Positions 35,616 to 47,900 of a stretch of 64,000 bases of DNA are shown here, piece after piece. The position numbers and the translations under genes are program-made. This stretch comes from Mobula hypostoma (lineage: Eukaryota): positions 9,362,001-9,426,000 of the forward strand of contig NC_086097.1 of the NCBI RefSeq assembly GCF_963921235.1. The letters run 5' to 3'. The notes beneath the pieces are model-generated. The model was not told where the DNA came from and made no database searches. It saw only the letters and a program-made list of their open reading frames with translations. The stretch's first letter is position 1; each line of letters starts with the position of its first letter.

Positions 35616-36159
35616 CACCTCTTCCTGCAGATGCTGCCTGGCCTGCTGCGTTCACCAGCCAGCAACTTTGATGTGTGTTGCTTGAATTTCCAGCATCTGC
35701 AGAATTCCTGTTGTTTGGGATTAATGTTTGAGGAATGTTTGATGGCCCTAGGCATATACCACTGGAGTTTGGATGAATGTGGGGATTTCATTGAAACCTA
35801 CGCAATGTTACTGAAAGGCCTGGGTAGAGTGGATTTGCAGAGGATGCTTCCAATAGTGGAAGAATCTAGGACCAGAGGACATGGCCTCAAAGTACAAGGA
35901 TATCCCTTGATAACAGAAATGTAGAGGAATTTCTTCAGCCGGAATATGGTGAATCTGTGGAATTCATTGCCACGGATGGTTGTGGAGGTCTAGTCCATGG
36001 GTATACTTAAAGCAGTGGTTAATAGATTAGTAAGGATGTCAAAGATTATGAGGAGAAGGCAGGGGAATTGGATTGAGGGGAATAATAAATCAGCCATGAT
36101 AGAATGGTGGAGCAGAATTGATGGCCAAATTGCCTTACTCTAGTCATTAGGGAGAGTTA

Positions 36160-37200
36160 GTATTTGTTTGTGAATGGGAAACAGTGGTTCAAAACTTCAT
36201 AGAAGAAGTGACCAAAAGGGTTGAAGAGGGCAGGATGGTAGACATTGTCTATGTGTACTTTAGTAAGGCTATTGATAAGATCCTGCATGGTAGGCTGGTC
36301 CAATGATCGCATGGGATTCAAGATAAGCTAGCTAACTGGATATAAATTTGGCTTAGTGGCATGAGTCAGAGATAGGGAGGGCTTGTTTTTCAGATTGGAG
36401 GCCTATGACCACAGAGGAGCCGCAGGGATCAGTAATAGGTCCTCTATAGTTTGCCATCAATAGAAATGATATAAGAATGTAAGTGGTATGATTAGTATGT
36501 TAGCAGTTGGCACTAAGTTTCATGGTGTAGTGGACAGTGAGGAAGGTTGTCTACAGTAACAACAGAATTAAGGTGAAATGGAAGAGTGGGAAAAGCATCT
36601 AAGATTTTTGCACAGTACTGTATTTGTCAATGTTGAGTGGAGAACGAGTTGGTAAATCCAGTGGGACCAAAGGCTGTGGGGAATGGCAAGGGTGGAGAGC
36701 ACGAGAGAGGTGGGGGACAGGTAACAGAGGAGTGCCGGGGTGGGGAGGGTGGGTGGTGGCAGCGCAAGTGCAGACCCACCCAGCCCTGAAACACCAGGCA
36801 AGGGCGTTTGATTACAAACAACTCGTTTATTGATCATTACAGAATGGGTGCTTCCTGCTCCCATTCCCTTTCCCCAACCACGATTCCCTGCTTTCCCTGC
36901 TCCCTGCCCTATTCCAAATCTCAGTCTGCAATAGAAACCCATATCAGGACCAGGCATATCACACAAATATATCATGAAATTTGTATTTTTTCTGTGGCAG
37001 CAGTACGGTGCAATAGATAACATTACTACAGTACTGAGCAAAGGTCTTAGGCCCCCCCCCCCCCCAGATACAGGGTATATCTATGTAGCTATATCTATGT
37101 TGTCCGGTACTGTGTAATGGATAGTAAAACCTGGGCAGGATATACACAGTGTATGACAGGGCTACAAGCAGTATTGTATAACAGAGACATCTAGGATTGA
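36160..37200 (+). mobile_element. Old CR1 RT fragment interrupted by the Tc1-associated composite repeat
   Basis: Decayed DIVY.DFSKA.DK and PQGSV.GP motifs. Confidence 0.65.
36595..37113 (-). mobile_element. Composite repeat bounded by Tc1-like TIR palindromes, copy 2
   Basis: CTAAGATTTTTGCACAGTACTGTA at left and TACAGTACTGAGCAAAGGTCTTAGG at right. Interior shared with 10126-10480 and 60725-61915. Confidence 0.7.
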
Positions 37201-37404
37201 ACCCAAATCATTGGAATTGTGGGGCAACAGATTAGTTAGCCATGTCAGGTCATAGTGCTCCTCAGACATGACAAGATAATCACAGAAGAAAAGTTTGTTT
37301 CAAAAATTCCTTCTTGATGCTGGTGTGGTAATTCAGAATGGCATTGTGTACTTAGGGAAAAATTACTTCTTTGAATAGTTCATTCCCCTGCAAGCTTACA
37401 GGCA

Positions 37405-37778
37405 GGCTAACCAGGGTGCACAGCTTCAGAACAGAGGGATGTCCCTCAGAGGTCCCCCAAACAGCGAACCACGGACCCCTTGCTTAATGATCCATGGCAA
37501 TAAAAAAAGGTTGGGAACCATCACTTTGGACAGAGAAGAGGAGGAATTTCTTAAACAAGAGGGGAGTGAATACATGGAACTCATTGCCACAGACCACTGT
37601 AGAGGCCAGGTCACATAAAGAGAAGATTGATAGGTTTTTGATCAGTCAGGATGTCAAAGAATATGGGGAGAAGGCAGGTGACTGGGGCTCAAAGGGATAA
37701 TAAATGAGAATGATGGGAATGGTGGAGAAGACTTAAGGGCCAAATTGCATAATTCTGCTCTTACTTCTATTGGTCTAA
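37405..37778 (+). mobile_element. CR1 3' fragment containing a ~75-bp hAT-Charlie-like MITE (37446-37522)
   Basis: CAGAGGTCCCCCAAAC...CACGGACCCC...AAAAAGGTTGGGAACC lies within CR1 sequence. Confidence 0.6.
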
Positions 37779-38291
37779 TTAATTTGCATTTATCTGTCTC
37801 TTGCCGTGATTTCCCAAGACTCAGTTGCCAAGAAAACACTAAATGTTCAATTTCCTCAGCTGAACTCAAAATGTGGTTCAACACAAACACCCCATGAGAA
37901 TACAGCTAAAACAGAAATCCACTGAAATTCAGTGCGATGATTTAGATTCACTTTGGTTATTATTTCTCCGTGCTTCCCTGTTAGTTTGTTTTGTTTCTCT
38001 GTGATCCCAACTGACCTCTCCATTGTTTTGTCACATCCTTGGCGCTGACTAACCTGAAAAGTATTTAAACACAGGCCATTCTTGTATCAGTACAAATCAT
38101 CATTCTGCAACTCCTACACTGCTGAGGAGTTACCAACACAGGGTCATGAGGGTTTGGCAGGCATTGGGATGGGAAGGATGTGAGTTTTTGCATAGACCTC
38201 CTGAATCCAGATCTATGGAGGGAAGTGTAGAATAAACAGTTCAGCCAGTTGCCAAGTGAAGCAGCAAGGAGCTTTGAGGTTGGACAGGAAG

Positions 38292-38803
38292 TTCAATCTG
38301 CTTCCCACTCCCATTCAGATATATCCATATGTCCATATGTCCATACATGGCCTCCTCTATTGCCATGATGAGGCTAAACTCAGGTTGGAGGAACAACACC
38401 TCATATACCGTCTAGGTAGTGTCCAGCCCCTTGGTATGAACACAGAATTCTCCAACTTCCGGTAATTCCCTCCCCCTCCCTTCTTCTATCCCTATTTCAC
38501 TCTACCCCCTCCCCCAGCTTCCTCATGGTTCCGCCTCCTCCTTCTACCACCCATTGTTTTCAGGGCAATGACGTCAATGCTTCCCCTCCCCCACTCCTTT
38601 GTCTTTCAAATTACTGGTCTTTCAACTGAAGCTACAAGCATTCTACAAATCCTTCCCCATCTTTCATTCTTCAGTCCTGACGAAGAGTTCCGGCCCGAAA
38701 CGTCGACTCATCATTTCTGACTGATGCTGCCCGACCTGCTGAGTTCATCCAGCGTACTGAAAGTGTTGCTTTGATCACAGCATCTGCAGATTATTTTGTG
38801 TTT
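38292..38803 (+). mobile_element. Neptune-like PLE 3' fragment
   Basis: MSIHGLLYCHDEAKLRLEEQHLIYRLGS. Near-identical to the reverse complement of 56030-56530. Confidence 0.92.
38673..38708 (+). ncRNA. Minimal type-I hammerhead ribozyme motif
   Basis: AGUC-CUGACGA-AGAGUUCCGGCCC-GAAA-CGUC-GACU. Confidence 0.8.
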
Positions 38804-38885
38804 AAGTCCTAGTGTGTGACTACTAAGAAGACAGGTGGACACCCAGTAGGATAGCTACAAGAACTAAACCACTGATGTACATAGT

Positions 38886-39560
38886 TTTAGATTATGAGAA
38901 CACTCGGTCCTCTTTTATTGTCATTTAGAAATGCATACATGCATTAAGAAATGATACAATGTTTCTCCAGAGTAATATCACAGAAAACAGAACAAACCAA
39001 AGACTAACACTGACAGAACCACATAATCATAACATATACTTACAGCAGTGCAAAGCAATACCATAATTTGATGAAGAACAAACCATGGGCATGATAAAAA
39101 AAGTCTCAAAAGTCCCCAAGTCAATCGACTCCCGAGTCCCTGATAGCAGGCGGCAAAAGGGAGAAACTCCCTGCCATAAACCTCCAGGCAACGTCAACTT
39201 GCCGATGCCTTGGAAGCAGCCGACACTGAGTCCAACCGTCTGAGAATTTTGAGCCTCTGACCAGCCCCTCCGATACAGCCTCCCAAGCGCCATCCTCTGC
39301 CAAGCGCCTTCGACCTCACCCCGGCCACTGAAACAAGCAAAGACGAGGATTCAGGTCCTTCTACTCCGGAGATTCTGGTTACCACACAGTAGCAGCAGCA
39401 GCAAAGTGGGCATTTCAGAAGTTTTCCAGATGTTCCTCTGTACTCTCACGTCCGTCTCCATCAAATCAGAATTGTGCACAGTTCCCTACTTGACAGATAA
39501 CAGACACCGTCACCCAAGAGGCCGCGCGCGCTGCCGTCGTGCCGCCATCTCCTCCTCCTC
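38886..39560 (-). mobile_element. Non-autonomous retroposon with AGATGGCGG head, copy 2
   Basis: Colinear with 1330-2012. TSD CATAGT (38880-38885, 39561-39566). Confidence 0.8.
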
Positions 39561-40195
39561 CATAGTGAATGTAGATCAGACATGGAGATGTCAAGTGGAC
39601 CAGATACTGCATGCGCAAATGAAGAACACCCCTGATTCAACTGCGTCCAACAAGCTGGAGACATTACAGTCACCGGACTGACTCCTCAGTGACGATGTCA
39701 CTGACAGCAGCACGACACCAGAAACCAAGAACGTTGTCTTAGACAAGACACCTACCATATCTGATGCTACTCCACAGCTCTAGGGGCGTTACCAGAACAT
39801 TATCATTGTCATGAAACCTGCCAAACCTGAGGTCCAGAGGTGCTATCCTGAAAGAAACTGAGGGCCAACCAAAAGGCTGAACCTGTAGAACCGTGAAGTT
39901 AGTTATGCACTGTTACTGTGAAAGCACGGTTATTTGGAATATGAGTTTATGAAAGGAAAATTGAATGTTTTGTACATATACAGATTTATGTTGCATTAAT
40001 CTAAAAGGGAGGAAGTGTAATATATGTATCTATTTCTTTTAGATTAATGACCATCCCCTAGCATGACATATTGATTTGTTGTCTACGCAAGTGCATTGAT
40101 CTCTCTCTCCCTGAATATACCAGTTAAAGCCACCTCCGTGTGCTTGCCTTTATTTAATCAATATATATATATAGTTGTGTGCAGACACAACATTA

Positions 40196-40359
40196 CTTGG
40201 CTTACATTTCTTCTCCATTCTGATGTTTGTCCTGAGCAATACCAGAACCTCTTGGCCAGGTCTACATGCTTTTATGTACTGAGTTGCTGCCATATAATTA
40301 GCTGATTAGGTATTTGCATTAACAAACAGGTGCACCTAGTAGAGTGAGCACTGAGTGTA
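40196..40359. mobile_element. Tc1-like non-autonomous element end; a better preserved copy lies at ~55615-55797
   Basis: The 55797 copy ends CACCTAATAAAGTGGCCACTGAGTG-TA. The interior is shared between the two copies. Confidence 0.65.
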
Positions 40360-40612
40360 TCTGTACCCAATCTGGACAACCCCATCTTCCCTTCCGATGT
40401 AACCATCCACCTCTCCACAAGTGTAAGGAACTGGCAGTGATTTTTACCACGTTAGCATGTTAATTTCCCACTTTAATTAGCACATAATGCGTAGTGGAGT
40501 AATATTTGTGTTAATATCCAATTTACAGAGGTACCTGATGGTAAGTTATGGGGTGAGAGATGTAAGCAACCCAAATGGGGAAAAAGCATATTTCTCCTTT
40601 CTATCTTATTAT

Positions 40613-40903
40613 TTTTTTTAAATTAATTTCGCGATGCTGTGTGGAACAGGCTCTTCCAGCACAACGAGCTGCACTACCCAAACTTAACCGTAGTCTAATC
40701 ACGAGACAACTTACAATGACCAATTAACCTACTAAATGGCTCTTCTTTGGAATGTAGAAGAAAAATAGACCACCCAGAGGAAACCCATGACCTTATTGGG
40801 AAGATGTGCAAACTCCTTACAGATGGTGCCGGAATTGAACTCATAACCCTGGAGTGCCCTGAGCACTGATAGCATTATGCTAAACACTATGCTACAGTGA
40901 TAC
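40613..40903 (-). mobile_element. tRNA-derived V-SINE-like SINE
   Basis: Minus-strand A box (TAGCATAGTGTTTAGC), B box (GAGTTCAATTCC) and V-core-like GGAGTTTGCACATCTTCCC...GGGTTTCCTC. Confidence 0.7.
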
Positions 40904-41229
40904 CTTATGTACTATTATTGGGGTTGCTCTCTAGCTGTTGGTTACCCACCTTACACTCACTTTTGATTTTTACCTGTACAGTTATTCATCCAATAGAGGT
41001 TTCGTACTCAGATGATTAAAGTGGCACAGTTTGGGGAAGGAGTTCAGCCCCAGTCTCCTAGAATGATGGAAGAGGAGAGAATGCCCCAAACCCCACTCCA
41101 TATCTTCTTGTTTTATTCTAACAAGGTGTTTTTTCTTGACAGCATACTTCTTAAATGAAGTAATTAGTGAGACGGCTGGTGCAATGGTTTCAATTTCCCA
41201 AATTTCCCTAGATTCCATTAGATTGGAAT

Positions 41230-41650
41230 CCAGTATTTGCTGAATTCAAAAGAATAAGGGTGGATCACATTGAAACCTATTGAATATTGAAAAGGCCTTG
41301 ACAGTGTGGATGTACTGAGGGTGTTTCCTATAGTGGGGGAGTCTAGAACCAGAGGACACAGCCTCAGAATAGAGGGGTGTTCATTTAGGAGAGAGAGGAG
41401 AAGCAATTTATTTCACCAGAGAGTGGTGAATCTTGTGGAATTTGTTTCCAGGGGTGTCTGTGGAGGCCAAGTTATTGGGTATATTTAAGGCAGAGGTTGT
41501 TAGATTCTTGATTGGTTAGTGAATGAAGAGTTGCAAGGAAAAGACTGGAAAATGGGGTTGAGAGGGAAAATGGATAAGCCTTGATGAAAAAGTAGAGCAG
41601 ACTTGATGGGCCAAATAGTCTATTTCTGCTCCTCAGTCTTATGGTCTTGT
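41230..41650 (+). mobile_element. CR1 3' fragment
   Basis: FPIVGESRTRGHSLRIEG...HQRVVNL. Confidence 0.85.
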
Positions 41651-42054
41651 ATAAAGCAGCAGATGTAACTCCTTACTTGACAAGGAAGGTGAATAGGATT
41701 CAGAAAAAAAACTGTGTTGTAGACATCTAACATCTTTCTTTTGGCATGTATTCAGCATATTTGTTAACTTAACACTCACTGTAGAGAAAGTGATAGAGGT
41801 ATTTTTAAAGATGTTATAGCAAAGGAATGAAATGAAGTGTGAAAGGGAAAATCATTTATTGGAATTATTTGAAGAAATAGCCTGTTTTGTGGATAAAAGG
41901 AAGTATGAAAGTTAGATTTTCAGAAGGCATTTGGTAATATGCTACATATTGGGAATTAGGAAAATAAAAGTTTCTGGTGTAGAAGGCAATATTTTAGCAT
42001 AGATGAAAGATTGGTTGGCTATGAAGAAAGAAAAAGTAGATAGAATTTGTTTAA

Positions 42055-43540
42055 GTGGTTCAGCAAATTTGTTCAGGACACCAAGGCTGGGAATATAGTG
42101 GACAGTGAGAAAGACTATCAGAGCTTGCAGTGGGATCAGGACCTGCTAGAAAAATGATCTGATAAATGGCAGATGGAATTTAATGCAGACACTTGCGAGA
42201 TGTTGTACTTCAGTAGGACCAGCCAGGGTAGATCTTACACAGTGAATGGTGGGACACTGAGGAATTCAGTCGAACAAAGAGATCTGGGAATACAGGTGCA
42301 TAATTAATTGGAAGTGGTGGCAAAGGTAGATAGGGTCATAAAGAAAGTTTTTGACACATTGGACTTCAGAAATCAAAGGATTGAGTGCAGGAGACACACA
42401 AAATGCTGGAGGAACTCAGCATCCATGGAAAAGAGTGAACAGTCGACGTTTCGGGCTGAGACCCTCCATTAGAGTCGTCCTTAGCCCGAAACGTAGACTG
42501 CTTACACTTTTTCATAGATGCTGTCTGACCTGCTGAGTTCCTCCAGCATTTTGTGTGTATTGCTTGGAATTGCAGCATCTGCAGATCTTCTCTTGTTTGT
42601 ATTGAGTACAGGAAAATGAATGTTATGTTGAAGTTGTATAAGAGATTGGTGAGGCCTAATGTGAACTATTGTGTGCAGTTTTGGTCACCTACCTACAGAA
42701 CAGGTGTAAATAAGGTTGAAAGAGTAGATAGAAAATTTACAAGAATGTTTCCAGGACTGGAGGACCTTAGTCATAGGGAAAGATTGAATAGGTTAGGACC
42801 TTATTCCTTGAAATGTAGAAGATAGAGACCATAAATATCATAAGACAGAGGAGCTGAATTAGGCCACCATTCAATCACAGCTGATTCATTTTCCCCCTCC
42901 TCAGCCCCTCTCCCTGTAACCCTTAATGCCATGTTCAATCAAGAACCAATCAAGCTCTGCCTTAAATACACCCAACGACCTGGCCTCCATAGCTGCCTGT
43001 GGTAATAAATTCCACAAATTCACCACCCTCTGGCATCTCCGCATCTCTCTTTAAATGGATGCCCCTCTATCCTGAGGCTGTGATCTCTTGTCCTAGAATC
43101 TTCCTCCATAAGAAACATCCTGCCCACATCTATTTTGTCTAGGCCTTTCAACATTTGAAAGGTTTCAATGAGATTCTTCCAGCGGGGAGACTTGATAGAG
43201 GTATATAAATTTACTAGGGATATAGACAGGGTAAATGCAAGCAGACATTTTCCACTGAGGTTGGGTGGACCTACAACTAGAGGGTGAAATGTTTAAGGGG
43301 AACATGAGCTGAAACTTCTTCGGTCAGAGGATCACGAGACTGTGGAATGAGTTGTCAGTGCAAGTGGTGCATGCGAGCTCAATTTCAATGTTTAACAGAA
43401 GTTTGGATAGGAACCTGGATAGGAAAGGTATGAAGAGCTTTGGTCCAGGTGCAGGTGAATGGGAGTAGGCAGTTTAAATGGTTCAGCACAGAATCGGTGG
43501 GCTGAAGGGCCTGTTTCTGTGCTGTACTGTTCCGTGACTC
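42055..43540 (+). mobile_element. CR1 3' portion carrying a PLE-derived insertion and an antisense CR1 fragment (~42825-43180)
   Basis: KLYKRLVRPNVNYCVQFWSPTY, continuing to a 3' UTR near 43500. Older CR1 remnants flank it (~41790-42050 and ~43550-43990). Confidence 0.82.
42393..42600. mobile_element. 208-bp inverted dimer of PLE termini joined within the hammerhead region
   Basis: 13-bp TSD ATTGAGTRCAGGA (42380-42392, 42601-42613). Long imperfect inverted repeat. Confidence 0.85.
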
Positions 43541-44915
43541 TCTGGCACTATTACTTTTGGTTGGCAGATTGCTATAAGTGATTGGCTAGGGGCCTATCTA
43601 GTACCTCAAACTGTATTTCACTTGGATGAGGGTATCAAATGTTTTGTTTACAGGTGCCACAGTTAGATAAAAAAGATGGGCAGACTGGGTTTGTTCTGCT
43701 GGAGTTTAGCAGAGTAACTGGGGAATGATTGAAACATAAGATCCCGAAAAATAGATATTAATAGGATATTTTCCCTGCTGAGATCATCAAGACTCAAGTT
43801 TCACTGTTTAAGAATAAAGGATTTCCCATTTATATTGAAGATGAAGTGAGATATTTTTCTCCTAGCAATGTTTAAGTCTTATGAACATTATTTCCCAAAG
43901 GTCTATAGAAACAGAGTTTAGGATACCTTTGAGACAGAGAAAGAGAGTTAATTATCAAGCCTGCGAATGGCAACTGCAGGGCAGACAGGAATGCCAAGTA
44001 ACATTCAGATGTGTTTCATGATAAACTCTCTGTGGTGCTCCAATTTGGTGGTTTAGTTGTACTCATGATCCCCCAACCTGGAACATCTAATGATTAAGTG
44101 CCGACCATTCTATTTACCAAGAGAGTTTGCCTTAATGATCCTGACTGCTGCTTACGTGCCACCATCGGCTGACTATAATCAGACACTTGAGGTACTGCAT
44201 GCTGTTAAACAAGAAACAGGCTACTTCAATGCATTTCAAATCACGGTCAGGGACTTCAGTTATATTTATTTGAAGCAATCTCTGACCAATTAGCTTCAGC
44301 ATATAACCTGCAGCACCGGAGGTTCCAATACAAGAGACCACTGCTATACTACAATAAGGGAAGCCTACTGTTCCTTGCCCATACTGCGTTTCAGGAAATC
44401 TGTCCTTCTCCTCCCTGCATACAGGCAGAGTTTAAAGAGCAAGGCTCCAGAGATAAGGGTAACAAAGGGCCGGTTGTTGGAGGCCGTGGAGCAGCTACGG
44501 GATTGCTTTGCATCAGTCAACTGGGCCGTGTTCAAGGACTCATTAGAGGATCTGAATGAACACACCACATTTGTCATGGACTGTATAAAAACAGTCGTAG
44601 ATGAGTATGCTCACAAAATCATTCAGAATCCGGACTGCAGCTTACAGAAGCTCTGGATGAACCGGGAGATCCACAGTCTGCTGACAAAGTAAGATACAAG
44701 GGGTCCAGGCACAATCTCCAGAAAGCCAGCTCACGGGTGAAGTGGCAATTTTGGACTAAACTTGAGACAATGAAGGATAGATACTAGATAGCTGTGGCAG
44801 GGCTTGAATGCAATCACCCATTCCAGAGTGAAATCATGAAATCAAGCGCCATAGGTGACAACGGAGCTTCACTTCCAGAGGGACTCAGTGCCTCCTACGT
44901 TTCCTTTGACTGTCA

Positions 44916-47900
44916 AAACATAGAACCAAACCATAGAACCAAACAAACTACAGCACAGAAACAGGCCCTTTGGCCCTTCTTGGCTGTGCCGAACCATTTT
45001 CTGCCTAATCCCACTGACCTGCACACAGACCATATCCCTCCATACACCTTCCATCCATGTATCTGTCCAATTTATTCTTAAAAGTTAAAAAAGAACCCGC
45101 ATTTACCACCTCATCTGGCAGCTCATTCCATACTCCCACCACTCTCTGTGTGAAGAAGCCCCCCCTAATGTTCCCTTTAAACTTTTCCCCCCTCACCCTT
45201 AACCCATGTCCTCTGTTTTTTTTCTCCCCTTGCTTCAGTGGAAAAAGCCTGCTTGCATTCACTCTATCTATACCCATCATAATTTTATATACCTCTATCA
45301 AATCTCCCCTCATTCTTCTACGCTCCAGGGAATAAAGTCCTAACCTATTCAACCTTTCTCTGTAACTGAGTTTCTCAAGTCCCGGCAACATCCTTGTAAA
45401 CCTTCTCTGCACTCTTTCAACCTTATTTATATCCTTCCTGTAATTTGGTGACCAAAACTGAACACAATACTCCAGATTCGGCCTCACCAATGCCTTATAC
45501 AACCTCATCATAACATTCCAGCTCTTATACTCAATACTTTGATTAATAAAGGCCAATGTACCAAAAGCTCTCTTTACGACCCTATCTACCTGTGACGCCA
45601 CTTTTAGGGAATTTTGTATCTGTATTCCCAGATCCCTCTGTTCCACTGTACTCCTCAGTGCCTTACCATTAACCCTGTATGTTCTACGTTGGTTTGTCCT
45701 TCCAATGTGCAATACCTCACACTTGTCAGTATTAAACTCCATCTGCCATTTTTCAGCCCATTTTTCCAGCTGGTCCAAGTCCCTCTGCAGGCTCTGAAAA
45801 CCTCCTCACTGTCTACTACACCTCCAATCTTTGTATCATCAGCAAACTTGCTGATCTAATTTACCACTATTATCATCCAGATCATTGATATAGATGACAA
45901 ATAACAATGGACCCAGCACTGATCCCTGTGGCACACCACTAGTCACAGGCCTCCACTCAGAGAAGCAATTCTCTACCACCACTCTCTGGCTTCTTCCATT
46001 GAGCCAATGTCTAATCCAATTTACCACCTCTCCATGTATACCTAGCGAATGAATTTTTTCCTAACTAACCTCCCATGCGGGACCTTGTCAAAGGCCTTAC
46101 TGAAGTCCATGTAGACAATATCCACTGCCTTCCCTTCATCCACTTTCCTGGTAACCTCCTCGAAAAACTCCAACAGATTGGTCAAACATGACCTACCACG
46201 CACAAAGTCATGTTGACTCTCCCTAATAAGCCCCTGTTTATCCAAATGCTTGTAGATTCTGTCTCTTAGTACTCCCTCCAATAACTTACCTACTACTGAC
46301 GTTAAACTCACCGGCCTATAATTTCCCGGATTACTTTTCGATCCTTTTTTAAACAACGGAACAACATGAGCCACTCTCCAATCCTCCAGCACTTCACCCG
46401 TAGACAGTGACATTTTAAATATTTCTGCCAGGGCCCCCGCAATTTCAACACTTGTCTCCTTCAAGGTCCGAGGGAACACTCTGTCAGGTCCCGGGGATTT
46501 ATCCACTTTAATTTTCCTCAAGACAGCAAGCACCTCCTCCTTTTCAATCTGTACAGTTTCCATGGTCTCACTACTTGATTCCCTCAAATCCAAAGATTTC
46601 ATGCCAGCTTCCTTAGTAAATACAGACGCAAAAAACCTATTTAAGATCTCCCCCATTTCCTTTGGTTCCGCACAAAGCCGACCACTCTGATCTTCAAGAG
46701 GACCATTTTTATCCCTTACAATCCTTTTGCTCTTAATATACTTGTAAAAGCTCTTTGGATTATCCTTCACTTTGACTGCCAAGGCAACCTCATGTCTTCT
46801 TTTAGCCCTCCTGATTTCTTTCTTAAGTATTTTCTTGCACTTCTTATACTCCTCAAGCACCTGATTTACCCCCTGTTTCCTATACATTTCATACACCTCC
46901 CTCTTCTTCTTTATCAGAGTTGCAATATCCCTTGAGAACCAAGGTCCTATTCAATTTGCCTTTAATCCTGATAGGAACATACAAACTCTGCACTCTCAAA
47001 ATTTCCCCTTTGAAGGCTTCCCACCTACCAATCACATCTTTGCCAGAGAACAACCTGTCCCAATCCACGCTTTTTAGATCCTTTCTCATTTCTTCAAATT
47101 TGGCCTTCTTCCAGTTCAGAACCTCAACTCTAGGACCAGATCTATCCTTGTCCATGATCAAATTGAAACTAATGGTGTTATGATCACTGGAACCAAAGTG
47201 CTCCCCTACACAGACTTCTGTCACTTGCCCTAATTTGTTTCCTAACAGGAGATCCAATATTGCATCCCCTCTAGTTTGTCCCTCTATATATTGATTTAGA
47301 AAACTTTCCTGAACACATTTTACAAACTCTAAACCATCTAGACACCTAACAGTATGGGAGTCCCAATCAATGTATGGAAAATTAAAATCCCCTACCACCA
47401 CAACTTTATGTTTCCTGCAGTTGCCTGCTATCTCTCTGCAGATTTGCTCTTCCAAGCCTCGTTGACTATTGGGTGGTCTGTAATACAATCCCACTAATGT
47501 GGCCATACCTTTCCTGTTTCTCAGCTCCACCCATAAGGACTCAGTAGACAAGCCCTCTAATCTGTCCTGCCTGAGCACTGCTGTAACATTTTCCCTGACA
47601 AGCAATGCTACTCCCCCACCTTTCATTCCTCTGCCTCAATCACATCTGAAACATCGGAACCCTGGAATATTAAGCTGCCAGTCCTGCCCCTCCTGTAGCC
47701 AAGTTTCACTAATTGCTACAACATCATAATTCCACGTGTCAATCCACGCCCTCAACTCATCCGCCTTCCCCGCAATACTCCTAGCATTGAAATATATACA
47801 CCTCAGAAGATTTTTACCACCACTCACAACCTTTCTATCAGTGGATTTGCTTAAACTTTCAACATCATTTATTTTCACCCCAGCCACACTGTCAGCTCTG

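Larger units (their letters stand above)
32524..35717 (-). mobile_element. Neptune-like Penelope element with inverted terminal repeats (body 32524-35468 on minus; inverted repeat 35469-35717)
   Basis: IIKPADKGGAVVVW, MEVQSLYTSI, GVAMGTRMGPSYA, RYIDD, Cys linker PCKRNKCYTC, CGLLYIGETRRRL. 13-15 bp TSD GGATTAATGTTTGAG (32509-32523, 35718-35732). Confidence 0.95.
32190..36140 (+). mobile_element. CR1 3' fragment acting as host for two PLE-derived insertions (pieces ~32190-32523 and 35718-36140)
   Basis: GTCAGACCACACTTGGAGTATTGTG... continues after 35718 into a CR1 3' UTR. Confidence 0.8.
38191..40192 (+). mobile_element. Gypsy LTR retrotransposon 3' remnant (integrase C-terminus, PPT, 3' LTR), split by two insertions
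   Basis: Rejoined it reads IDLLNPDL..V*NKQ...FEVGQEVLVCDY*..WTP..IATRT.PLMYIVNV..TWRC.VDQIL...RCYPERN*.P.KRLNL*. PPT AAAAGGGAGGAAG at 40003-40015. LTR TGTAAT...ACAACA at 40016-40192. Confidence 0.8.

Noticed and set aside
34153..35655. 500-aa ORF as an intact PLE protein
   Set aside because: Its N-terminus is read from the antisense inverted terminal repeat (GTG start), and it shifts out of the RT frame near 34500. It is a chimeric by-product.
40840..40903. tRNA gene (also 63460-63522)
   Set aside because: The A/B boxes belong to SINE heads followed by a SINE core and tail; there is no cloverleaf.
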